This document shows, one piece after another, positions 37,903-47,460 of a DNA stretch of 64,000 bases. Positions within the stretch are counted from its first letter, which is position 1, and every line of letters begins with the position of its first letter. The position numbers were made by a program, and so were the translations under genes. Below the pieces are notes generated by a model. That model was given only the letters and a program-made list of their open reading frames with translations. It did no database searches and was not told the DNA's origin. Origin of the DNA: an uncultured Acidobacteriota bacterium (GTDB lineage Bacteria; Actinomycetota; Acidimicrobiia; Spongiisociales; ZC4RG35); the NCBI GenBank assembly GCA_963837055.1, contig CAWILU010000006.1, positions 192,389 through 256,388 on the forward strand, in the 5' to 3' direction.

Positions 37903-39219
37903 TCACTGAGAGAGCACCTCGACTGGTTTCAGAGGGCAGCCACCCATCTCCACATGGGCATTGACCTCGTCCCGGAAGTAGTCACGCAGGGCAAGGACCG
38001 GTGACACCGCCGAGGGGCCGAGCGGGCAGATGGTGGTCATCTTGGGGGGCCAGCCGAGACCGACGCTGATGTTGTCCGAGACGTCGAGCAAAAGGTCGAG
38101 GTCGACCGCCCTGCCCTGGCCTTCCTCGATCCGGCGCAGGATCATCTCCATCCAGGTGGTTCCCTCCCGGCAGGGCGTGCACTGGCCACAGGACTCGTGG
38201 GCGAAGAAACGCACGATCCGCTCGGCCGCGCGCACCATGCAGGTGGTGTCGTCCATGACGATGACCGCCCCTGACCCGAGCATCGAGCCTGCCTCGGCGC
38301 ATATGTCCTTCGTGATCTGGTCGTCGAGGTGGATCTGGGGGACGAACCAAGGCGATGACGCTCCGCCGGGGATGAGAGCCTTGAGCGCCCGGTCGTTGGG
38401 GATGCCCCCTGCGATGTCATAGACGAGATGACGCCAGGTGATCCCATGGGGAAGCTCGTAGTTGCCCGGTTTGTTGACATGGCCTGAGACCGAGAGCATG
38501 AACGTCCCGGTGTCCAGAGGGTGGCCGATCTCTTGGTACTTCTCCGCCCCCATCGCCAGGATGTGAGGCAGGTTCGACACCGTCTCCACGTTGTTGACGA
38601 TGGTGGGCTGCATGTAGAGCCCCTTGGCGGCGGGAAAGTAGGGAGGCTTGAGCCGGGGCTCGCCGCGGAGACCCTCGAGACTGTTGATGAGGGCTGTCTC
38701 CTCACCGCAGATGTAGGCCCCCGCCCCCAGGTGAACCGTCAGCTCGAGGTCGTATTCGGATCCGAGGATCCCCTTGCCCAGATAGCCCTTGGCGTACGCC
38801 TCGTCGACGGCGGTCTGGACCCGTCGCGCCGGCTTGGGGTACTCGCCTCGTATATAGATGAAAGCCTCATGGACCTCGTTGGCGATCGCGGTGATGAGGA
38901 TCCCTTCGATCATCTGGTGGGGGTCCCGCTCGAGCAACTGACGGTCCTTGAATGTGCCGGGCTCGGACTCGTCGCCGTTGATGACGAGGTAGGCAGGTCG
39001 GGCCGGGGCAAGGAAGCTCCACTTGAGACCGGCGGAGAAAGCCGCCCCGCCGCGGCCGAGAAGACCCGAGGTCTTGATCTCTTCGACCAGCTCGTCACGG
39101 GTCATGGTGGTGGCCCGCCGTGCCTGCTCATAGCCACCGGTCGACTCGTACCGGTCGATGGTGTGCGAGTCGCCGGGGAACTCGGTCATCCGCTTGGTGA
39201 CAACGAGTGGTGTCGTCAA
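37903..39219 (-). CDS. nuoF: NADH-quinone oxidoreductase subunit F (operon 2)
   Basis: GRGGAAFSAGLKWSF (FMN site), GDESEPGTFKDR, ESCGQCTPCREG (N3 cluster). Start is TTG 39219 (TTGA with the nuoE stop) or ATG 39189. Confidence 0.9.
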   Translation of the reverse strand: MTTPLVVTKRMTEFPGDSHTIDRYESTGGYEQARRATTMTRDELVEEIKTSGLLGRGGAAFSAGLKWSFLAPARPAYLVINGDESEPGTFKDRQLLERDPHQMIEGILITAIANEVHEAFIYIRGEYPKPARRVQTAVDEAYAKGYLGKGILGSEYDLELTVHLGAGAYICGEETALINSLEGLRGEPRLKPPYFPAAKGLYMQPTIVNNVETVSNLPHILAMGAEKYQEIGHPLDTGTFMLSVSGHVNKPGNYELPHGITWRHLVYDIAGGIPNDRALKALIPGGASSPWFVPQIHLDDQITKDICAEAGSMLGSGAVIVMDDTTCMVRAAERIVRFFAHESCGQCTPCREGTTWMEMILRRIEEGQGRAVDLDLLLDVSDNISVGLGWPPKMTTICPLGPSAVSPVLALRDYFRDEVNAHVEMGGCPLKPVEVLSQ

Positions 39220-39839
39220 GTGTTGCCCTCGCTGCCAACCGTTCCCAGCGGCTGGAACGCCGGATAGGGCCCGATCGCCCCGTCTTCCTCTCTGATCGCC
39301 CAATCGAAGCTTCGCACCCCACCGAACAGCTCTTGCATCTCGTCGGTGTTGACGATCGCTGGCTGAGCGCTCCCCAACCATCTCACCAGATCACGGGCCT
39401 TTTCCGGGGTGACCCCTTCGATCAGCTCGTAGTTGACCTGGACCGCCGGGGCCCCGCCGCAGGCGCCGATGCACTCGACGTGCTCCACGGAGAGAAGTCC
39501 ATCTTCGCCGGTCTCGCCGTGGGGGACCCCCGATTCGTCTTCCACCGCGTGAAGCACGTCGTCGCCGCCCAGGAGCATGCAAGAGATCGAGGTGCAGCAC
39601 GAGATGAGGTATCGCCCGGTCGGGCGCCGTTTGTACATCGTGTAGAAGGAGGCGACCGCCTGGACCTGGGCCGGGGTGATCCCCACCCAGCGGGCCACTT
39701 CTTCCATGCCCTCGTTGGTGAGATGACCTTCTTCAGCCATCGCCAGATAGAGCAATGGCATCACGGCCGACCGCTTCTGGGGATACCTGGAGATGATCTC
39801 CCGGGCCCGCTCCTGGGTGGCCTCCGACCAGTGGCTCAT
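39216..39839 (-). CDS. nuoE: NADH-quinone oxidoreductase subunit E (operon 2)
   Basis: 2Fe-2S cysteines in CCTSISCMLLG and ECIGACGGAP. Confidence 0.9.
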   Translation of the reverse strand: MSHWSEATQERAREIISRYPQKRSAVMPLLYLAMAEEGHLTNEGMEEVARWVGITPAQVQAVASFYTMYKRRPTGRYLISCCTSISCMLLGGDDVLHAVEDESGVPHGETGEDGLLSVEHVECIGACGGAPAVQVNYELIEGVTPEKARDLVRWLGSAQPAIVNTDEMQELFGGVRSFDWAIREEDGAIGPYPAFQPLGTVGSEGNT

Positions 39840-39888
39840 CGACGGCGCAGAATAGGTAGCACCGTTATCAGGGGCGAAACCCGGCTGT

Positions 39889-41229
39889 CTACCGGTCGAC
39901 GTCGCCCATCACCGGGTCGAGGGACGCGATCGTGGCGACGGTGTCGGCCATCAGGGAGTCGGCCATGGCGATGGGAAGGGCCTGGAGGTTGGCGAAGGAC
40001 GGGGCCCGGGTGTGCATCCGGTAGGGACAGGCCCCGCCATCGGAAACCAGATAACACCCAAGCTCGCCCCGGGGTGACTCGACCGCCACGTAGGTCTCCC
40101 CGGCCGGGACCTTGTAACCCTCGGTGAACAACTTGAAGTGATGGATCAGCGCCTCCATCGATTCGTCGATCCGGGCCCGGGGCGGCGGGGTCACCTTGCG
40201 ATCGTCGACCCGATAATCGCCTTTGGGCATGGTGTCCATGACCTGCTCGACGATCCCCAGGGACTGCTTGATCTCCTCGACCCTGATCCGGTAACGGTCA
40301 TAGACATCGCCGTGCTCACCGAGCGGGACCTCGAACTCGTACTGCTCGATGCCGCTATAGGGGAATGCCTTGCGGATGTCCCAGTCGACACCGGTCGAGC
40401 GCAGCGGCGGCCCGGTGATCCCGTAGGCGATGGCCTCCTCCGCCGTCAGCACCCCGACGTCCTTCGTGCGGGCCAACCAGATCGGGTTGTTCTCGAGGAG
40501 GTCATCGTATTGACCCAGCCGCCTGGGGAGCTCCTCGATGATGGCGGCAACGTCGTCCTTCCAACCCGGTGGCAGATCGGCGGCCACCCCTCCCGGTCGG
40601 ATGAAGTTGTGGTTCATCCGCAGCCCGGTCGTCTTCTCGAAGAAGGCGAGGATCTGCTCCCGCTCTCGGAAGCCGTACATCATCATGGAGATGGCCCCGA
40701 TATCCATCCCGTTGGTGGCCAGCGCGACGAGATGCGACGAGCATCGGTTGAGCTCAGTGAGGAGCACCCGGATTGCAGCGGCCCTCGGTGGGACCTCGAT
40801 CCCGAGCAGCCGCTCCACCGCCAGCGCGTAGGCCAGCTCGTTGTGAAGCGGGGCCAGGTAGTCCATGCGGGTCACATTGGTCCCGCCCTGGGAGAAGTTG
40901 AGCTGCTCCCCGGTCTTCTCCATCCCGGTATGGAGATATCCGATGATCGGCTTGGTCCGCCGGATGATCTCCCCCTCCAGCTCGATCTGGAGCCTGAGCA
41001 CACCATGTGTGGACGGATGCTGGGGGCCCATGTTGAGGATCATCCGCTCGTCCTCTTCGGCCTCGTCGTCGAAGACGTAGTCGTCGTCGATCACCCGCCC
41101 GAACTCTTCGGCGAGACGGCCCTCCGGTTCGTCGAGGGTCATCTCCTGGGCGCCCTCGTCGGTCGGCGTCAATTCCGGCTCCTCGGTGCCGGCCACCCAG
41201 ACGTCGAGATTCTTGGCGTCGTCGCTCAT
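39889..41229 (-). CDS. nuoD: NADH-quinone oxidoreductase subunit D (operon 2), acidic N-terminal extension
   Basis: LNMGPQHPSTHGVLRL, and it ends in SLDPVMGDVDR. Confidence 0.9.
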   Translation of the reverse strand: MSDDAKNLDVWVAGTEEPELTPTDEGAQEMTLDEPEGRLAEEFGRVIDDDYVFDDEAEEDERMILNMGPQHPSTHGVLRLQIELEGEIIRRTKPIIGYLHTGMEKTGEQLNFSQGGTNVTRMDYLAPLHNELAYALAVERLLGIEVPPRAAAIRVLLTELNRCSSHLVALATNGMDIGAISMMMYGFREREQILAFFEKTTGLRMNHNFIRPGGVAADLPPGWKDDVAAIIEELPRRLGQYDDLLENNPIWLARTKDVGVLTAEEAIAYGITGPPLRSTGVDWDIRKAFPYSGIEQYEFEVPLGEHGDVYDRYRIRVEEIKQSLGIVEQVMDTMPKGDYRVDDRKVTPPPRARIDESMEALIHHFKLFTEGYKVPAGETYVAVESPRGELGCYLVSDGGACPYRMHTRAPSFANLQALPIAMADSLMADTVATIASLDPVMGDVDR

Positions 41230-41230
41230 C

Positions 41231-41770
41231 TCAACTCGCCTTGTGGCTTTCCTTGAACTGGACCGGCACCGCGCCGACGCCGAAGTCCTTGCGCAACGGA
41301 TGGCCCTCCCATTCGTCGGGCATGAGGATGCGGGTCAGATCGGGGTGCCCTTCGAAGACGATCCCGAACATGTCATACGCCTCGCGCTCGGCGAAGTTGG
41401 CTCCGGGCCAGACCGGCACGAGTGAGGCGACAGTCGGCTCGAGGCGAGGGGCCGTGGTGCTCATGCGAAGCCGAAGGCGATGCTGCATCGACAAGAGGTT
41501 GGCAACGACCTCGAATCGGTCGGGCCGCGCGCGCATCCAGTCGACGGCGGTGACATCGACACACACTTCGAACCCGGCCTCTTTCGCCGCGGTGGCGAAC
41601 TCGAGCCAGCCCTCGTTTGGCACCCGAGCCACGTCCTGACCCAACGACGACTCCCACGTGACGTCCTCGAATCTCTCGAACAGAGTCTTGAGGACTTCGT
41701 TCTCGGGAAGGATCCGCGCCGGGACCTCGATGGCCTCCTCGATCTCGATCGGTTGAGAATCGTCGGTCAA
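41231..41770 (-). CDS. nuoC: NADH-quinone oxidoreductase subunit C (operon 2)
   Basis: [28 protein letters not shown]. Start TTG 41770 forms TTGA with the nuoB stop. Confidence 0.85.
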   Translation of the reverse strand: MTDDSQPIEIEEAIEVPARILPENEVLKTLFERFEDVTWESSLGQDVARVPNEGWLEFATAAKEAGFEVCVDVTAVDWMRARPDRFEVVANLLSMQHRLRLRMSTTAPRLEPTVASLVPVWPGANFAEREAYDMFGIVFEGHPDLTRILMPDEWEGHPLRKDFGVGAVPVQFKESHKAS

Positions 41771-42234
41771 CTGGCGATCTCGCCCTTCATGATCTTGTCG
41801 TGCAGGGTGAGGATCCCGTGCATCAGGCTCTGCGGCCCCGGTGGGCAACCCGGCACGTAGATATCGACCGGTACCACCTGATCGACGCCCTGGACCAGGG
41901 CGTAGTTGTTGAACATGCCCCCGGTGGAGGCGCAGGCCCCCATCGAGATCACCCATTTCGGGTCGGGCATCTGGTCGTACACCTGTCGGAGCACCGGGGC
42001 CATCTTCTGGCTGACCCGCCCGGCCACCACCATGAGATCAGACTGCCGGGGTGAGGCGCGGAACACCTCCATCCCGAACCGGCTCAGGTCGTAGTGGGCC
42101 GTCCCGGTGGCCATCATCTCGATGGCGCAACAGGCGAGGCCGAACGAGGCGGGAAACATCGACCGGGTGCGGGCCCAGCGAGCGGCCTTGTCGATCGTGG
42201 TCATGAGCAGATTGCCCGGAGCGGTGGTGGCCAT
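41767..42234 (-). CDS. nuoB: NADH-quinone oxidoreductase subunit B (operon 2)
   Basis: [29 protein letters not shown] 42234 overlaps the nuoA stop. Confidence 0.9.
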   Translation of the reverse strand: MATTAPGNLLMTTIDKAARWARTRSMFPASFGLACCAIEMMATGTAHYDLSRFGMEVFRASPRQSDLMVVAGRVSQKMAPVLRQVYDQMPDPKWVISMGACASTGGMFNNYALVQGVDQVVPVDIYVPGCPPGPQSLMHGILTLHDKIMKGEIAS

Positions 42235-42644
42235 CAGGCAGCCTCGTCGCTGGCGTCGGCGGGGATGTAACGGGCCCGACGATGGACGTTCCAGTCGAGA
42301 GCGCCCCGCTTCCACACATAGGCGAGGGTCTCGGCCACGAAGAAGGTGAAGATGAAGATCGCCGCCACCCCGTACCAACCCAGACGGTCGTAGATCGAGG
42401 CCCAGGCGAAGAGGAAGATGATCTCGACGTCGAAGATGACGAACAGCATCGCCACCAGATAGAACTTGACCGGGAAGCGCTGCACCGGCTCGGTCTCGGG
42501 GACGATCCCGCTCTCGTAGGGGTCGAGCTTGGCCGCGGTGGGATTATCGGGCCGGACCAGACGGGAGGCGATCAGGGACACGGCCACGAAGACTGTCGCC
42601 AGGATGAGCATGATCCCGATCGGCAGATAGTCGGCCAGAGTCAC
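42234..42644 (-). CDS. nuoA: NADH-quinone oxidoreductase subunit A (operon 2)
   Basis: [25 protein letters not shown] start at 42644 (uncertain). Confidence 0.85.
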   Translation of the reverse strand: MTLADYLPIGIMLILATVFVAVSLIASRLVRPDNPTAAKLDPYESGIVPETEPVQRFPVKFYLVAMLFVIFDVEIIFLFAWASIYDRLGWYGVAAIFIFTFFVAETLAYVWKRGALDWNVHRRARYIPADASDEAA

Positions 42645-42680
42645 CTTCTGAGCTTAGGACAGGCTGATTGATGGGGTAAA

Positions 42681-43271
42681 TCAGTCCCGGTCAGGTCGGT
42701 AGGTGGCCAGGATGACCCCAGTGGTGGAGGTTTTCGTGTCCACCAGTGGGAGGGGCGTCATCATCGACGATCCGTCGAAGAGGCGCTTGCCGGAACCGAG
42801 CAGCAAAGGGTGGATAGAGAGAGTCCACTCGTCGACGAGGTCGTTCTCGAGTAGATAGCGAGCTAGCTGTCCACTGCCGAGGACCACGATGTTCCCACCT
42901 GGCTCCTCCTTGAGCGCAGCCACCGTCTCGGCGACGTCACCCTTCAAGAGACTGGAGCCTGCCCAGGCCAAGGGCTCGTCGAGGGTGGTCGACGCCACGT
43001 GCTTGGGCGAGCCGTTGAGCACATCCGCGAACATGTTCCCCTTGGGCTGATTGGGCCAATAGGCGGCCATGATCTCGTAGGTCTTGCGGCCAAAGAGGAA
43101 TGCGCCGGTCTCCGCCATCGACTTGCCGGCCTCCTCGCCTGCCACCTCGTCGAAGTAGGACATCGCCCATCCACCATGCTCGAACCCGCCGCTGCGATCC
43201 TCATCCGGGCCGCCTGGGGCCTGCATGACCCCGTCCAGTGACAGTTGTTCGACCACGACCAGCTTCGCCAT
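42681..43271 (-). CDS. Dihydrofolate reductase family protein (RibD C-terminal domain type)
   Basis: MAKLVVVEQLSLDGVMQAPGGPDED...FLFGRKTYE...VVLGSGQLA, typical of this family. Confidence 0.7.
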   Translation of the reverse strand: MAKLVVVEQLSLDGVMQAPGGPDEDRSGGFEHGGWAMSYFDEVAGEEAGKSMAETGAFLFGRKTYEIMAAYWPNQPKGNMFADVLNGSPKHVASTTLDEPLAWAGSSLLKGDVAETVAALKEEPGGNIVVLGSGQLARYLLENDLVDEWTLSIHPLLLGSGKRLFDGSSMMTPLPLVDTKTSTTGVILATYRPDRD

Positions 43272-43346
43272 GATCCGTTTCCCTTCCCCGGTGTCTACTT
43301 CGCCGAAACGACGTCTGGTCCGGCCTCCGTCTACAAGCCGGTCTTG

Positions 43347-44045
43347 TTACACAGCTTGAGATACGGCCTTGGGAGCCTGAAGGATTGGAGAGTCGCGCCG
43401 GAAGCCCCAGATCGCGCAGTAGATGCCGAGGAAGGCCTCCCAGATGAATTCGGGAGCTACCAGGAGCGCTGGAAACGCGCTGCCTGCTCCCCACCCGTCG
43501 ACGAGCGTGACGAGGTTCCCAATCAGAAGGATGGGTCCCCCAATCAGTCCGAACCACGTCATGGGCCGCGGTACGAGACCGGACTTGTACATCAGGTAGC
43601 CGAGTATCAGCCCATTCCCAAACGGGACGACCAATCCGGGACCGAACAGGGCTGTCCATTCCTTGAGCGACCCAAGCGACAAGGCGAGGTCGGCTGCGTC
43701 CGGTGAGTCTCGACGAAGGCTCACTATCCCGAGCACAAATATGATCCCGGCGGCAATGAAGACGCATTCCATGATGCGAGCGGAGACGTAGCCGAGTGCA
43801 AGGACCTTGCTCTGTCGCCGAGCGATCGGGTAGAGGACGACGGCGGTTCCGACGTTCGCCAGTATGAGAAGAAACTCCAAGATGACTGCCAGGTAGATCT
43901 GGTTGTCATTCCCGCTACCAGCGATGTAGCCGGCCGGGTCGTCGGTAACCGACTGGAAGAGGAGGGCGGCCGGGATCGAGGTGAGGAACGTGAGGATGAA
44001 CAGCACCCCGAAGATCCGGGCATCCCTCTGATCGGCCTCCATCAA
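43347..44045 (-). CDS. DUF4386-like membrane protein
   Basis: ARIFGVLFILTFLTSIPAALLF and six hydrophobic segments. Family assignment is from memory. Confidence 0.5.
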   Translation of the reverse strand: MMEADQRDARIFGVLFILTFLTSIPAALLFQSVTDDPAGYIAGSGNDNQIYLAVILEFLLILANVGTAVVLYPIARRQSKVLALGYVSARIMECVFIAAGIIFVLGIVSLRRDSPDAADLALSLGSLKEWTALFGPGLVVPFGNGLILGYLMYKSGLVPRPMTWFGLIGGPILLIGNLVTLVDGWGAGSAFPALLVAPEFIWEAFLGIYCAIWGFRRDSPILQAPKAVSQAV

Positions 44046-44167
44046 GCCTCCTTGGCCGATACCGTTACTACCCGGTAGCTGCGGCCTCTAACCAAGATTT
44101 AGCCAGACGACCAACTGGTAAGAGTGGTTCAGTCAAAGACAATCTCCCAAACAGATAAGGAGTTGGA

Positions 44168-44566
44168 GTGCCTCAGACGTCACTGCTTCGTCCAGAAGGA
44201 CTTGTGCAATCCCCCGCTTTCACGCACGTCGCGGTCGTACCTCCGGACGCGACGACCGTCTACATCGGCGGCCAGAACGCCGTCGACGGTGAGGGGACGC
44301 TCGTCGGCGGTGACGATGTCGTCGCTCAGACGCAACAGGTTATGAAGAACCTGCACGTCGCGCTGGCGGCGGCAGGCGCAACCGTCCAGGACCTGGTGAT
44401 GATGACCGTTCTGTTCGTTGATGGCGTCGATCTCTCCGCGGCCTATCCGGTCGCAGCCGCCGAGTTGGCGGGAGCGACGCCGCCGGTCGTGGGCGCACAG
44501 GTGGCCGGACTGGCCGTGCCAGGTGCGCTGATCGAGGTCAGCGCGGTTGCGGCGGTTTTCACGTAG
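44168..44566 (+). CDS. ridA: RidA/YjgF family protein
   Basis: 132 aa. GQNAVDGEG..., QTQQVMKNLHVALAAAG, LIEVSAVA, typical of the RidA fold. Confidence 0.75.
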   Translation: MPQTSLLRPEGLVQSPAFTHVAVVPPDATTVYIGGQNAVDGEGTLVGGDDVVAQTQQVMKNLHVALAAAGATVQDLVMMTVLFVDGVDLSAAYPVAAAELAGATPPVVGAQVAGLAVPGALIEVSAVAAVFT

Positions 44567-44622
44567 AAGCACGTTCTAGACCCAATCGACCCTCTGGAAT
44601 CTGTCAGAGGATCGTTGGAGGG

Positions 44623-44638
44623 TCGAACATATGTTCGG
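44623..44638. promoter_or_regulatory. LexA SOS box (Cheo-box type)
   Basis: TCGAACATATGTTCGG contains the perfect 14-bp palindrome CGAACATATGTTCG. It lies 95 nt upstream of GTG 44733 and 10 nt upstream of ATG 44648. Confidence 0.7.
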
Positions 44639-44732
44639 GGAGAGAACATGAGTGGTTTGAGATCCGGTTTGGAAGAGTGGGGCCTCGCAGGATCTGAGCG
44701 AGGTTGGGGTTGATGAGCTGGCCGAGGATCTC

Positions 44733-45768
44733 GTGGAGTTGGAAGTGGTCAGCGGACTGCTCGAGTCCCAGAGGGCCAGGCGTCTGAGTCGCTTCGACGA
44801 GATCGGCGGGCCTCAGAAGCACGGCTACCCGTCACTGACTGCATTTCTGATCCATCGATGCCGAATCGCCGCGGGGAGGTCGAGAAGACTCGTCGGGCTC
44901 GCCCGCACCGCGGCCACCTGTCGCCGCGTCCACGACACTTGGGCCGGACAGCGCATTTCAACGGACCAAGCCCATCGCTTGTTGGAGGCCGCGGATGTGG
45001 CGCCAGGGCCCTTTCACGATTCAGAGCAAGTGTTGGTGGACTTGGTCGAACCACTGAGCCCGAGCGACACCAGGCGAGCCCTCCGTTATTGGAGGCATGC
45101 CGGTCGATCAGGACGGAACTGAGCTCGAACAGGAGGCGGCACGCGGGATCTCTCTCTCCAGAACGATCGATGGGCTAGGCCGGATCGACGGCTGGCTCAC
45201 CCCTCCCGCGTATGAGACTCTTCGCGCAGCCCTCGATGCGCTGCTTCCGCCCCCGGTGGGATCGGACCATCGCACGGCCCGACAACGTCGCCACGACGCG
45301 CTGGAGGACCTGGCTCGCAATTTCCTGGATCATGGCGAGACACCCACCGTCGGAGGCGAGAGGCCGCACGTCAACGTGCTCGTCGACTGGGCTGCGTTGA
45401 CCGGGATCGCAGGAGGGCGTCACGAAATCGAGGACGCCGAGGTGGTCGATCTCGACACCGTCCGGAAGATTCCCTGCGATTCGTCCGTCTGCCGGATCGT
45501 GTTCGGCCCGCCATCGGAGATCCTCGACGTGGGCCGGAGGACGCGGGTCATCCCGCCGGCCCTGAGACGGGCGATGATCGCACGCGACCGCCATTGCACC
45601 TGGTCTGGCTGCGGCCGGAACCCGCGCTGGTGTGATGTTCATCACATCAGACACTGGGCCGATGGTGGGCTCACAGTGCCCGACAATCTGCGGCTGCTAT
45701 GTCGCTACCACCACACGCTCGCCCACCGCGAGGAGGACCAGGGCCGAGGCCCACCCGCCTCTACGTAG
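44733..45768 (+). pseudogene. DUF222 / HNH endonuclease (REP13E12-like), frameshifted
   Basis: The DUF222-like N-part (ORF 44733..45122) ends ...ALRYWRHAGRSGRN*. The next frame continues VDQDGTELEQ... through the HNH motif CTWSGCGRNPRWCDVHHIRHWADGGLTVPDNLRLLCRYHH. Junction near 45090-45105. The N-terminus may extend to ATG 44648 through a second shift. Confidence 0.7.
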
Positions 45769-45777
45769 TCTGGCTGC

Positions 45778-46794
45778 ATGAGTCTCGGATTCGGCCTTCT
45801 CAGCGCACAGCTCCGACCCGGTGAGACCGATTGGTCCCGGGTCTATCAGGAGACGATCTCGCTCGCCATCGAGGCAGAACGGCTCGGTCTCTCCTCGGTC
45901 TGGACCACCGAGCACCATTTCGTCGACGACGGTTACATGCCCTCGCTCGCCGTGGTCAGCGCCGCGATCGCCACCGCCACTTCGACCATCGAGGTCGGCA
46001 CCGGCGTCATCCTCGCCCCACTCCATCATCCGCTCCGCCTCGCCGAAGACACGGCCACGGTCAGTCTGCTCAGCGGTGGACGTTTCACCCTGGGGCTGGG
46101 TCTCGGGTGGAGTGGGGTCGAGTTCGACCGCCTCGGTGCCCGCATCGATCAACGAGGGAGGGCAATGGAGGAGATCCTCGAGATCCTCCCCCAAGCCTGG
46201 ACCGGTCAGCCCTTCACCCATCAGGGCAGCATCTATGAATTCGAGGAGATGGCAGTCCGTCCCTCCCCATCGGCCCGAATTCCGATCCTGATCGGCGGCG
46301 GCGCCGAGCCGGCGATCAGACGGGCAGCCCGTCTCGCTGACGGCATCTTCTCCAATGCGTCGGCCAATAGTTTTCTCCGCCAACTGGAGTGGATCCGGGA
46401 CGAATGTGATCGGATCGGCCGCGATCCTGGCGAGCTCCGCGTCGTCCACTACTCGGTGATCCTCCCCGGATCCTCGGCGGAAGACGCCTGGTCTCGATAC
46501 ACGGACCATCTGTGGCACATGACGTGGAAATACTCGGACATGGAGGCCTCCGCCATCAGACCCGGACCTCCATCCGCCGCACCCGACCTGACGGAGGCCG
46601 ATCGAGGAGCACTTCTTCGTCGGGCCACCATCGCGGGGTCCAGCGCCGAGATCGTCGAAGAGCTGCTCGGATTGCGGGAGCGGGCCGGTGTCCCAGTCGA
46701 GTTCGTGGCCCGGAGCTACTTCGCCACCCTGGATTACGAGGCGCAGCTGGAGTTGATGCAGCAGCTCGCCGAGGAGGTCGCTCCCCGGCTGTGA
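45778..46794 (+). CDS. LLM-class (luciferase-like) flavin/F420-dependent oxidoreductase
   Basis: GLSSVWTTEHHF, GRFTLGLGLGW, and the typical ~340-aa length. Confidence 0.75.
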   Translation: MSLGFGLLSAQLRPGETDWSRVYQETISLAIEAERLGLSSVWTTEHHFVDDGYMPSLAVVSAAIATATSTIEVGTGVILAPLHHPLRLAEDTATVSLLSGGRFTLGLGLGWSGVEFDRLGARIDQRGRAMEEILEILPQAWTGQPFTHQGSIYEFEEMAVRPSPSARIPILIGGGAEPAIRRAARLADGIFSNASANSFLRQLEWIRDECDRIGRDPGELRVVHYSVILPGSSAEDAWSRYTDHLWHMTWKYSDMEASAIRPGPPSAAPDLTEADRGALLRRATIAGSSAEIVEELLGLRERAGVPVEFVARSYFATLDYEAQLELMQQLAEEVAPRL

Positions 46795-47460
46795 TCAGCC
46801 GATCAGCTGGTCGGCGATCGCCTTCAGGTCGGTGCCAAAGACCTCGGGCATCGCCCCGGGCAGGCTCCAGAAGCATCCCGGCCTCTGGACGAAGGCTGCG
46901 GATGCGCCGGCATTCATCGCCCCTGCCACATCCCAATCGTGGGCCGAGATCAACATCGATTGAGCGACGTCCACATCCATCACATGGGCCGCATGGCGAT
47001 AAGTGGCCGGGTCCGGCTTGAACCGGCCCAACTCCTCGACCGAGATCACGCGCTGGATGAACGTGTGCAACCCTGCGTTCTCGATCTGCACGTTCGCCGC
47101 CTTGGTGCTCCCGTTGGTCAGGGCGGCGGTACGGAACCCCGTATCGAGCAGACCCTCGAGAGCCGGGATCACATCGAGGTGGGCAGGGAGGATGGCGAGC
47201 CGGGTGACCAGCTCGGTAGCGGTCGCCTCATCGAGGTCCACCCCGCGACGCTCAGCCACCAAGAGAAGCGCTTCGACCCCGATCACCCCGAAGGCCCGGT
47301 AGTCATCGAGGTGATTGGAGACGAGTGACCCATGCAACAGACGAGCGAACCACTCCCCCATTGCATCAGCGCTGCCAAAGACATCCTCGAAGTCGATCCG
47401 CAGGGGCGACATGTCGAGCAACGTCTCGTTCACGTCGAAAACGAGTAGCTCGGGCCTCAC
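46795..47460 (-). CDS. HAD-superfamily hydrolase (haloacid dehalogenase type II-like)
   Basis: LLVFDVNETLLDM (DxxxT/motif I variant), ALTNGS, ISAHDWDVAGA. GTG 47460 forms GTGA with the upstream stop. Confidence 0.65.
   Translation of the reverse strand: MRPELLVFDVNETLLDMSPLRIDFEDVFGSADAMGEWFARLLHGSLVSNHLDDYRAFGVIGVEALLLVAERRGVDLDEATATELVTRLAILPAHLDVIPALEGLLDTGFRTAALTNGSTKAANVQIENAGLHTFIQRVISVEELGRFKPDPATYRHAAHVMDVDVAQSMLISAHDWDVAGAMNAGASAAFVQRPGCFWSLPGAMPEVFGTDLKAIADQLIG

Noticed and set aside
42645-43346. A promoter or Rex site for nuo operon 2 in the 36-nt spacer upstream of nuoA, or in the 43272..43346 spacer.
   Set aside because: I saw no convincing -35/-10 pair or TGTGAA/TTCACA half-sites. 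nuoA may be co-transcribed with the DHFR-family gene, but I cannot support either model from sequence alone.
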